A DNA stretch of 63,098 nt, the filler included, from Phoronis australis (lineage: Eukaryota > Animalia > Phoronida): the NCBI GenBank assembly GCA_002633005.1. It is 6 parts of 6 records of this genome, joined end to end, with 100 filler letters (N's around TTAATTAATTAA, not from the genome) between each part and the next. Parts side by side here need not be neighbours in the genome. Positions count along the whole stretch, not along the records: positions 36,945 to 53,129 come from NMRA01001514.1; 5 more parts are not named here. One strand, 5' to 3'. Below are positions 36,975 to 48,900 of this stretch, in pieces. Position 1 is the first letter of the stretch, and every line of letters begins with the position of its first letter. Position numbers and translations under genes: made by a program. Under the pieces are notes generated by a model. That model ran no database searches. It had not been told where the DNA came from and worked only from the letters and a program-made list of their open reading frames with translations.

Positions 36975-39900
36975 CTGGAAAACGTTCGGCATCTTGAACT
37001 GAACAACGCGTACTTACCAGGCAGCAAATGGTTAAAGCAAGTACACCACACTATGGAAACACTAAACAGGTTACTCAAGTTGGTTTTTCAGTACCCTCTG
37101 GCTTTTGGAGCAAATAAACGGGGGTCACCGAGATTCGCGTATTCCGACATGATATGTTGATATAGTATTCTATTGTATTTTGTGCTCGTGTAGGCCTACA
37201 TGAGACCTGTGGTTTGCACAGAATAGTGAACTCTAGATGAGCTATAAACACCAGTGCCAATAACTAGAGTGTCAAGCTCAAAGTTTGGCTTTATTTAATT
37301 GAACGGAATTAAGTATCTCGAGCTAAGGTTATTTAGGACCCTAGCATAATGTCCAATTTTTCCCAACACAGTATGTCAAAAAGGCTGATCCGGAGCACAG
37401 ATACTATGCTTTATACACTCTTCTTCAAAACGCTCAGTGTTAGGAATTGTTTTTAAATGTTTCACCGGCAGTACGTCAGATGTCGCTCTTCGCGATTTAA
37501 CCAGACGATGTAGAAACAGAGACAGTAGAGACCGTTAACGTCTTTGGTAGAAATTATGTATCCTGACTACATCACCAGGGGAAAATAGGATAAATGTATT
37601 CGTGAAACGTTATCAATCCGCGTCTAGCGTGAAGCCGCTGAGATGACGTCCCCGGGAAAATGCTTTGAGACGGTCACGAGTGGCTGAAGGGAAGAGTTAA
37701 GTTCTCGGGTACAACATGTAACGTGATGAGGGACCGGCGAACCTCAAAGTGTCAATCGGGGCCTTGCCCCACCAAAAGTTGCTCATGTTGACCTCTTAGC
37801 TCCTGGACTATAATAATGAGTTCAAAAAAATTGAAATTGACTCCTATAGCAGTGACATCTCTTAATCGAAAATTTATCATTGACCCGATTAAATTCGAAG
37901 GACAGATGACACATTTAGGCTTAGTAATTTTACTATTAATTTGAGAAGGTCACCGTACAAAACTTATGAATCTGTTGTTCAGGTTTAGCGCAAAGTAAAC
38001 GCGTACTTGTTGTAGAATCGGCCTGGTAATCGTGCTGGGTCGGTGAATGCTCTTTCTAGTAACATCATCTGATCGTTGATCATCCGTAGCTGGAACGGGC
38101 TGGAAAGAAGACAGGCACGTGTAGTTAGATTGTCAAAGCCAATGCGTAGACCATATATTTTAGCTTGATCTCTCACATTTAAAATACCCTGGAAAAAACT
38201 GTTTATTTTGAGCATGAACTTACTCTTTTTTGAACTTACTCTTTTTTGGTGTTCTTTTCACTTGAAATCTTTCGAACGCGCTCCTGGAACTTGGTAGCAA
38301 TAGAGGAAAACTCCTCCACTGCTTTCTTCAGCTTTGCTGAAATGACATTTATAAAAAGTACATAAATTTTCCGTGCATTGTTGCATACTCTGTCGGAAGG
38401 CGCCGTTTTTGGACAAGCTATATATCGTCCGTTTTAAACGCATTTATAGTAACCACTTAGTTTACAAGCCTACTTTTAAATATGTCGTTGTGATTGTACA
38501 GACTGAAAAAATACCTGTAGTCAGTCCTCTGTTTTCAATCCTTTGTTTATGTTGCGCTTCGAAGTAGTACAACTTGAGCTCAAAGCCTTCTGCATAACTA
38601 GTAACATTCATAGGCAAAATTAACGGTTCGGCGAGAGACCGTGCAAGTTCTGCGCACAGCTTTCCTATTGTCTCGTGGTACTTGAATGTCGGATCAATAA
38701 TTTTGTCAACCAAACGAAACGTCTCATAAACTGAATGGTATAACGGGTAAACGGGGATACCCCATTTTTCCTGAAATAAGTGAGAAACAAAGACTGATGA
38801 GGAAGCCGTGGCAACAAAGGCGGCAGGGTCTTTTGTTTGAGTTTCATTGAAGAAGTTGGAAAAGTCTCACTTTGAGATGCAGCCAAGCACAATCTGAGAT
38901 GCCAGCTTTAACACAAGTCGAATATGACCGATAAAGTAAAGTAATTCAAAATTAGAAGCAACTATAAAAATATTGGTTTTAGGAGTCTAACAGTCAGTTC
39001 AGAATTGGCACGCATAGTTGGTTCGTTCACCCTAGAACGTCCAACAAATCTCACAGAGTAGAAATTGATTACGGTATCATAAAAATATGTCAAGTCGACT
39101 GACGGAACACCAACTCTTTGAAAGAATGCAGCGTAATCACTTCCTGCGCCAAGGGCTCCTATACTGACAAAGAGAAAATAGTTTTTCGCGTAACTTTAAT
39201 GAAACAAAATAATTCAACTGATGTTAACCTATTATCCGAGAAAAAAATTTTCGGCGAGCGATAGTAGTAGTAGTAGTTATACACTTTATTCTCGTTAAGA
39301 CAAAAATACAATCAATGCAAAATAACGCTTATGGAGACTCCGTGATGGACCTGAAGGATCCGCTGACCATGGAGCCATCAGCGAAAAAATACAATGTTAC
39401 AGATAATCAGAATTACAAAATTACGAGATAACCTAACTTAAAACTACTTGTAAAAAGACTAGGAGAGATTGTCAAAATAGTAACACACAAAACAGCTGGG
39501 AATAGTGCACTCAAGTATATAACTTTCAAAACAATTATTAACATTTATAACGCTGATATTAACCAGTTTTCAACCAAAAAATAGAGTTTAAGACCACAAA
39601 CCGTAATAAAATTGGTGTAAATTTGACCCTTTCTCAATTTATAATTGTAGTTTGTGAGCTTGTGAAGAACTGACAATTGATAAGTCGTTATAGCTTACGA
39701 ACAGGCTCAACAGAATGGTCGTGTTGTAACGGCAACTCGGGTCATTCCGTGATGCGCCACGCGATTAGGCAAAACCGAACTGCCTAGAAATCATTTTTCA
39801 TCTTAGCGGAATGTGCTTTAAATCAAAACTCAGTTTCTTTGGGTAAAGGCTAGTTTATAGGATATAGATGTAACTCTATTTTTTAAAATTAAAGTGACCT

Positions 39901-42900
39901 AGAATTGTACCCAGAATGGGCAATTTGTTGTACCAACTTACACCTGGTGCAAAATCTGATAAGACTGTCAATAAGGGCTGTTACGTGCAAATTACACGCC
40001 GTATTTCAAAAAACGTAACCTTTCAATGAATATGCTCAGTGAAGTACATGTAATATCGTTCCGTCGGCTGTGTCTAGTTACCTCGGCAACCTCCAAGAAC
40101 GAGTACGGGGGTTTTTGAACCAGGCTTCATAAAGAGTCGACACTGAGTTAGGGTCAGGGATCTGAAAGGTGACTATCAGTATGGTACGAGTTGCATATAA
40201 GGTTGACTTTGCTTTGAAACTCAGTGAGTAGCAAAAGACTTTAATTTAATCAAAATTTCGTAGAGGCTGCTTACTTGTAAGTCAACTCGTTGACTGAGGG
40301 TGATACGTGAACATAGCTAACAAGTATCGAGAACATGTGCAGATATAATTACGGCTGGGTTGCAAAATCTTGCAAAATGTATTCGCAGTTGTTGCATGAA
40401 ACCAAGTGCAACTTTACACGTGCAGTTGGAGAGCCAGGAAGACTTTATTCACACTGGCGAGTGCAAAAGTTTTTAGCGCGTAATTCTATTGTAAATCACC
40501 AACCAAGGAAAGAAGGGGCGTCTTAGTTTGCACAATACTGGGCCTTGATCCATGGGAATCCTAAAATGGGGCCCCTCAAATTAAACTGATGCAACTTAAT
40601 ATATGAAAAGGCCTGCGGTCATCAATTAAGATACCTATTATGCAAAAGCTAACTCAGTAATCCCGATCACCATAAAGATTCATAACTTGAGACGCAATGA
40701 TTTTTATGGCTTTTGTAGACAAGACGGGTGTGTTTAGAAGGCCCCCGAAAAACGAACTTGTATCACAGAGGAAGTATGCATACATCAATTTTGATTGATG
40801 ATATGGATAAAATGTTATTTCACATGTACCTAAATTCAACTGAAGACATAAAAATTTCTAGGGTTATTAATTAACAACCTACTAATTAACGACCATTTTA
40901 CGATTTTATTTAAACATTTTTTGCATCAAAAGCAGCATCTTGGGGCCTTCGGTGTCAATGACAGAATTCTGAGTGCTAATTATGCCCACGACACCCTGCA
41001 CTGCGCAGGCAATACTAGCGATCGGGCGCTGTCGGAAGCTCCCGGTGTTCTCCAACAAAATTTATAAGTAACAAAAGACATTTGCCGAACCAAGGACTGC
41101 AGTGCGTTGCCGCCACTTTTTGCGTGTAGTTTTGTTTTTAGGTCATGAATGAAAATCCCGCAGCACATCCGGGACAATCCGAGCAGGGAAAAGTACCATG
41201 GTAAACAGAGCATCTTAGTTCTTTTTTCTAAGCAATATTTATTGAGGATAAAAGTAAGAAATACAATTATCTCAAGCAAAAAAGCTTTTCTTTCAGATGG
41301 TCCTCACAAAAATACACACAGCAAACATGGTAATGAACAATGGTGTAAACAACGAAAGTGACAAGAAGATACAATAGTAATAAATTACAATTGATTTGAT
41401 AATGGCAAAGCAGGAAAATTTTACATAAAAATGATAATGGTGAGATTAAAAACAGTATTTAAATTAAGTATGAATGTTTTAAATAAAAAGAGGAAAGCAA
41501 TGTACAAATAATTGTGGTGTTGCCACGAGCTCACATGAAAAACACATTTTTCATAGGTTATGGTTAGGTTTAGCAAAGGTGGCTGTACAAACGATTTTTA
41601 AAATGATTCAAAGTTACTCCTGGCTGTCCAACTAGTGATAATACGGCCATAATTCTTGCTATTATGCGTAAATAACAGGCACCTCTCGTTTTCATAATTT
41701 GGTCTTGCTACAATAACACGGGTGCTCCAAATCTGCGTCAAAAATCTATTTTTGATTCAAATTAAGGCGGAGAATTTTGAAATCACCGAGTCAAAAACGC
41801 AGAAGTTCACCAGGTGGTACTTGACGATAGCCTAAAGGAATCTATATCTCTTCAGGGCCTACCTTTTTTGTTGCAGAATAAATGGCGTCGAAAAGATGAG
41901 GAGATGACTGCACACTAATGACATATGGCCATAACACAGCAATGTCGAGGTTTATGTACGTCACAGCTCGTTCGCCAAAATTCTTGATGTATTCCTGCAT
42001 TACAAAGAATTATGTTACTTAGCTTATCCCCAGTGAATGGGTTCCGATGGAAGTTAGAATCAAACAATTCAGCGTCTGCTGGAATAAGGATGATTTGTTT
42101 ACTAAAGAAAGCCAGAGCGGAAAATTCCCAGGACACATTTTCTATTCAACATTAAAAACTCTACAGGAACTGAAAAAAAAAATAACTCAAAACCAGAATT
42201 TATCACATCAGGACCTGTAATTCATCACATCAGGACCAAAATTTAACAGGACAGGACCGACAATTTATCACGCCAGGACAGAAAATGACGCCAGGACAGA
42301 AACTTTTCATGCCAGGAGACCGCGTGACCACCTGCAAAGAAGTCTATTGGGTCCAAGTAAATAGCGTCGTTTGGGTGAGATTCTCAAGTTACCAAAGTTT
42401 CTTATCTTGCTTTCCACTAAAATCGTATAATAATATCATTAGTTTTAATTCAGGGATACATTTGAATCTATGCACCAGAACAATTTTGTTATGTTGAACA
42501 CTGGGTCATTTCTCTAATTCTTTGGGTTACAGCCAGCGGCAAGTTCAAAAATCGACTAAGTTTGGCAGCCTAGTTTCTCCACGGCGCGTTCCTAGCACAC
42601 AAGCACGGTTTATCTCCAAAAATTCTACTCTGACGGCATGTCTCGCGCACACGGCGTGTCTTCGCACTCGCGTGCGTGCACTCTCATCGAATCGTGCAAC
42701 ACCACCCGGGCCACGTCGACGCTCAACGTCCTCTCACAAGACACCTCATATTTCCGACTTCTCTTGCATACGCACAACTTCTGCACTGACTCTTCAAGCT
42801 TAGTGCTTCGGTAGGACTTGGCGTACTCATTTTTTGCTGATGGACAGGCTCAGGCTCGGAACAGGAGTTCATCATTTCACCACCAACTTTCGCATGGTCA

Positions 42901-45900
42901 AAAATAGAATTATTTATTCTTGGTCTCGCTACAACGTCTGCATCAGCTGGTACAGCACTCTCGATTGCTCGGTTTTGCAATGTTTGTTGACAGGATTAGA
43001 TTAGAGCTAGTCCTGGTATAAGCTCCGCCCCACTTGACAGTCACTGAGCTGGTGAGCAGTCAAGCCATATGACTTACTGAAGCTTGGTCAAATATAATTA
43101 CAAAAACAACTTTGGATTTTCAGAATGATTTTATTTTTCTTCCCTATACTGTGCAACAAGAATTAAAGATTAGGATGACATAAAAATGTAAAAAACAGTT
43201 AAAATTATTTTTTTGTGTATCCACCTGCCTTAACTAGTCTGGCCTATAGCCTATTTTGTGCAATATAATTCACATTGTTGTACGATCTTTTTTGGAAACG
43301 TGAACTCAATAGAATGAATTATAAAATTTACCGTTTCTCCACTCATTTCATTTGTGTTCACTGGCCATGTTAGAAACCTAGTAACAGCCGATTTCATAAA
43401 GGTGGTTTAAAGTTAAACCTGATTTAAATTGGACTTAAACCAGTTTAACTATTAGACCAGTGGTCTAGTGTGTGTATTTATCTAGTAAAACCTGGTTTAA
43501 CTCCAGTTTAGACCTGCTCTAAGTCAATTTCATTTCACCAACGAGGTCTACATTCCTTACACCTGTATTAAGACCCTAAACCAGGTTTAACTTGGTCAGA
43601 CCCAGGTATAATACTGTTTGATATGGCAGACTTGCACGATATGGACGTGGTCAACCGTGCAGCTGAATAATGCCGCAGTGTGCATCACCAACGCAATTTT
43701 AGAGTGAGAATGGACCGTACTATCTTCAATTTTTAGTTTTACGATGACACAAGATCAAACGTAGACCAATACGTGTTGCAGGGTGTCCTTCGGAATCTTC
43801 AGAATATGGCTGGTCGAGCAGGGCGTCATCGTCGTAAGTGCTCCAGGCGGAACTGAAAACGGCATCTTCTGATCCTTGTGACAGAATTCCACTTCCATTG
43901 GTCCCAGATTTAAGGCTGCTGGGCAGGGGTCATCCCCGCCCTTGGCCGCAAAAAAATAAACAGTAAAATGACACGGAAATAAATTTGTGCATTTATTATG
44001 TTGTGCCTAATTGTGGGCTTGTATTTTAATGTGTGTACGTGTGCTTGGCACATGTATTACAAAATGAAAATGTCACCTCATGATATCCTAGATCTGCCAC
44101 TGAGTCCCACACCGTTCACTGGTGAAATTTTATTTCTGGCATTCATTCTTAGTGATGCCCTTTAACTGTTTTTCGTTGCATTTCTTCGATAGCGAGAATT
44201 TTGCAGCCAGTCTATACCAATATCTCTCCAAGACTGCTGCTGCTTACGTTGACTTGATTTAGCACCAGTTCACTTGTTCTCTACAACACTGGGTTTTTCT
44301 CTGATCACTTATGGGAAGGAACATTTTTCCTCACGAGAAAAGCTTTTATACCTTTTTCTGCACTGATTCTACTACTGTGTGCCATCCATACCCACATGAT
44401 CAAGGTTTCATTAAAGCACTTCAATTGTCAGCGTCATTGTTAGGTTAATCCTGATCGACACCGTAGAGTGGCTTGAATACTTTAAACCTGGTTTTACTAA
44501 TTAAAGCCCGCTATCTGGTCTAACAAACGCAGGCTTTCAGACTTTAACCTACGATGGGATGGTGAGTCTGGTCTAAAATTAGCTCCTAACTATGCTAACG
44601 TATAGCAGAAACTAATCGGCAATGCTATCTGAACGTCATCTACGCTAAACAAAGTTCAGTTGTATTCACTGACAACCTGTAAATGTGAAAACAAAAAATC
44701 TACAATTAGGGGATCTTTGCACTAATGACGTACTTGGAGGCTCACGTAACCCGCATCATGCAGTGCTATTCCCTTAAACTACGTCACGATACTTACTGGA
44801 CACGATTGGGTGATTTGCGGAGGATCATTTTCGGCACAAAACTCGTTCTTAAACACATTTGGCAATTTTCAACCTACTTCGTATTCACATCGTCGCTATA
44901 TGTTGTGTTTCTAACTAATTTGACCAAGCAATCACAGAGATAAGGAATTAGCGCGCAAGTTCGACTTAAAGCCTGGTCGTTTGTTAAACCACCTTACTGA
45001 AATCGGCTGCTAATGTCTAAGTCGTCCACTGTATATCAAATGCTGTGCATTGTCGAAGAACCAGGCTGTACCGAATCTCGGTCAGGCCACCTAGCGAACG
45101 CGAGAAAGGAAGTGAATAAAATGATTATGATTAACATGGGTAAAAGTTCAAAATCCGATTGCAAGTGGTTGTTTTCCCCGTTTGACCCACAAACGTCGAC
45201 AGTAGCCATGTAACTTGTGTGTTGCATATTCATTTTTACTACTGAGCGATTTCGATGAAGTTTCACCGTCAGGATTTGGCGTTAGTTTGGGCAAAATTGG
45301 GGGTGGCGGAGCCAAAAAGGAGCGCGTGGTGGGTCGCCCAGATTTTTAAATGCCGAAAAAACACTGTTAATAAAAAATGCCAGTCCCACTCAGTCGACAG
45401 TGTTCTCTGGGATCATTTTTTCATGTCAACTTATACCCCAATTATAACAAGCCGTCAAGACAGCAACACTAATTGCGTCTGCCATAAGCTGAGTCATGTT
45501 GACGCAACATAAGTGAAAGAGCCAGCCTGGTTGCAGTTACTACAAGTCTTAGTGATCAACCCGTTCTCGGGATTTATGACGTCACACGTAACGCGTTATT
45601 TAACGCACGCGGGTCTAGATTGACGGGCTAACATTTCAAACGCAATCGTGTTAACGACAGGCTTGGATGTACGATTGCTAACTAAGGTTGGCGTGTCAAA
45701 AGACTGGTGTAGCCTAATCACTTTCTACGAATGAAGGTCGGCGCACCATAGGGGTCTGGAGGGCTATATTCCCTACTTATTTCAGTGCTGCGCCGCCCAT
45801 GTAAATGGGGTCAAAAACCGGTTACACTAGCATACAATTAGGCATCGACTGCATGAAAGATGCCCCCAAACTCTACTGGATTCGTCCAATTAGTAACCAA

Positions 45901-48900
45901 TGCAAGGAAGTGAAGGAAAGAAAGGGATAGAATGATAGTCTTTTCCTGGGATATATTAGGAAGACTCCTGCTTGTATTTACAAGGATACTAAACCCCGTT
46001 TTGATGATTTCCACCAATCCTCGTTCTGTCACCTGCTAATGCATCATTCCGCGTCAATCTTCCAAGTTAAAGGTAGGAATCAACTAAAAACGCATGCTCC
46101 CAATGTCACAGATTGGACATTATGGTCCTTGGTGGGTGGTCTTTCCTACAGTTGCCGTTTAATTCGCGAAAAGCGCAAGTCACGCTTGCCCGTTTAGTAG
46201 ACTTTGAAAGGAGTTTTCAAAATTTCCTCCAAACTTTTGAGGGTTGTCGAGGGTAACGTAAAATTATTTTGTTTCAGAGAACCGGGTGAGAAAGTCGTTT
46301 TCAATACCTGTTAATAGGCCAAAACCGGGTTTGGTATCCTTCCAACAAGAGCAACGCAGAGCTTTGAAATGCGTCCACGACTGCATCGCAAACGACACTT
46401 TCGATCTAGGGGTGTTTATTTACATCATAAAAATGGTCATTAGATGGCACAGACTACGTCGAGCCCGTCTGAAAATGAGAAGGTGTCGTCGTTTTTCTCT
46501 CTATGATACAAAACGATTTGCTAAATTTTAAACGTGGAAAAATGATATTGCCTTAGGATGCAGATGTAATTGGTTCCTTCACTCTGTTGTAAAGTTGTCA
46601 AGCTAGTGTAATTTTGAAAGGTCTGGCAAGCGGTTTAGGGGATACACCATCAGATGCAAAAATGTCACCGTGGGGCACCAAAGGAATTGGACACATCTGA
46701 AAATTGACGTCACCTAAAAATAACAAAACAAAATGTGGCGCAGAATACGAAAAATCCAACCTAAAATAGAAAGAGGCTGTCATCTTAAATAGAAATTCGT
46801 TTGAAGGCATAAATGAATTCCTAGGAAACTAAAATTTCCATAAGAGTAGGCCTACACAAAGGCAATCAGAGTCATCCCAAAACCGTAGGCTGGAATCCAA
46901 TCTCTTCAAGATCCTGCACGAAGTTTCGAACATACAGCAACGGACGATGGACACCCGGTGGACGCCCAGGCAGAGATGACGGCACACACATATGTTTCTG
47001 TAGGCGCATAAAAAGTAAACTAACCTCGACCCATTCGTTAGATCCTATCAGACCGTATTCTTCTGCCGCCCAATGACAAAACACAATTGATCTCCGCGGT
47101 CGCCAGCCTTCAAGAGCAGTAAAAGAACACGTCAACAGCAAATTAATGAGTGAGAGAAAGAAATTCCCGTAACTGAAAGCAGCTATCATAAATCCGAATT
47201 TCGTCACAAAAACTAATTTTGGTTTGGACCACTTGGCTCCGGGAAGTGGTCTCAGATTGTCTTTTTGTCAAAATAAGTGGCCTTTCTGGGAATGGAAACA
47301 ACTGGCAATTTAAATATTGCGTGAGATTAAGCACAAAGAGTCAAAGTTGACTGATTATATATCGTCAAGCATGGCACATATGGATACCACACATTCACCA
47401 CACTGAAGGAACCAAAGACCTACTCGTTGCCATTACATGCATTTGCCATCGATTCGCATTTCTCTCTTCGACATAAGAACTTTGACACCAGAGTGCTTCA
47501 CTCTCTGGTACTATAGGGGCTGCTGCCAAACCCTACTCTATTTGCGTAATGAATGTACAAGTATTCACAATCTTTTAACCCGTTATGCAAGGTAAATAAT
47601 TCTACCCAACAGTGTATTTGTACCTGACTTGTAGAGTTGCGCGAACACTCGAGATACCTCCAACAGAGTCGCCGTGCCGCTGGTTGGATCAACTGCTCCG
47701 AATACCCAAGCATCGTGGTGGTTACCAAGTATTACGTAACGATCTATATTAGGAAAACATTGAAACAGTCGCCAAGGGTGTGTAAATGACTATGAATTTT
47801 CAAAATCTTTGCTTAATGAAATGCTCAAGACGCCACGTTCAAACACTGCAAGAGCTTTAATGTAAACATTTATTTGCCCTATCGATAAATGTGAAAACAT
47901 AATGGCTGACTTCCATGTATTCGTTTTTGACACAACGATAAGTCGCAAAATTGTTCATGACACCCCTCCAAACGAGCATCATTTCGCGATAAAGCCAATT
48001 GGATGAGGCTAGTGGAAACTGTGCAGATTTCCTTGTGGCTTTTTCTGGCACTGATACTACGTACGTTGTATTACATAAAATGCAAAGTTCACACGAACTC
48101 TGTCTTCCCCGCTCCACCACAGACATTTGTTGCGCCCGTTTCGGCTCTGCCTTTATCCCAAGTAGTGCACCGGGTGTTCCATTTTTTCGCGGACGCGGAG
48201 GGAGGGTGGCCAATTTCGTACTCCATGGCCTTCTGAGTTCGTGACGCCACTCCGTTAGCTTAATTTCACTCCCTCTAGCTACCGTCGCGTACATTTTTCT
48301 TCGGGCCTGTCGCCGCCTAAATTTGTTGATGTCATTAAAAACTAATCTCTTCCTTGAGTAAACTAAATTATTTACCGAGATGTTAGAAAAATTGGCCTTC
48401 TACCGTTATTGCTGCCAAAATTGTGATGCCCTCTTTTAGGTCGGATTTCGGCGCCATGAAATATTGTGTCGTCACCCATTGGCCAATTTTCCCGATTCTT
48501 CAATCAGGTGTTCTTCTCTTCCACGAGGTTGTGTACATGTCATAACAATCGGAACTGGTTTTATTACGTTACAAAATTTTTGTATTTTATACCAGCAAAC
48601 CCAGTTTGCTAAGAAGCTGTCATGGGCAGCACAGCACTGAAATAAGTGGGGGGCAATAGTCTTCAACCCCCTATGGTGCGCCGCCCATGTATCATCGTCT
48701 CTCGAGAAGGAGATATTACAAAAGTTTAGTAGGAAATGGAGCGTGCGCGTGTCACAAGCGCATTGTTTTCAAAGCGACGACAAACTTTTCTTTGTTACAA
48801 AAGTGGAAAATTACGCAAAAATGACGTTTATTAGATTGCTTCTTCACTTAAACGGCTGAAACAGGCAAGGTGAGTGTCGGTTAATTGCGGCCAGATTCTG

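Noticed and set aside
37600-37682. Acceptor at ~37683 as the M28B terminal exon
   Set aside because: Reads N-H-S-stop; the exon at 36974 (NVIYGTS) fits the family motif much better.
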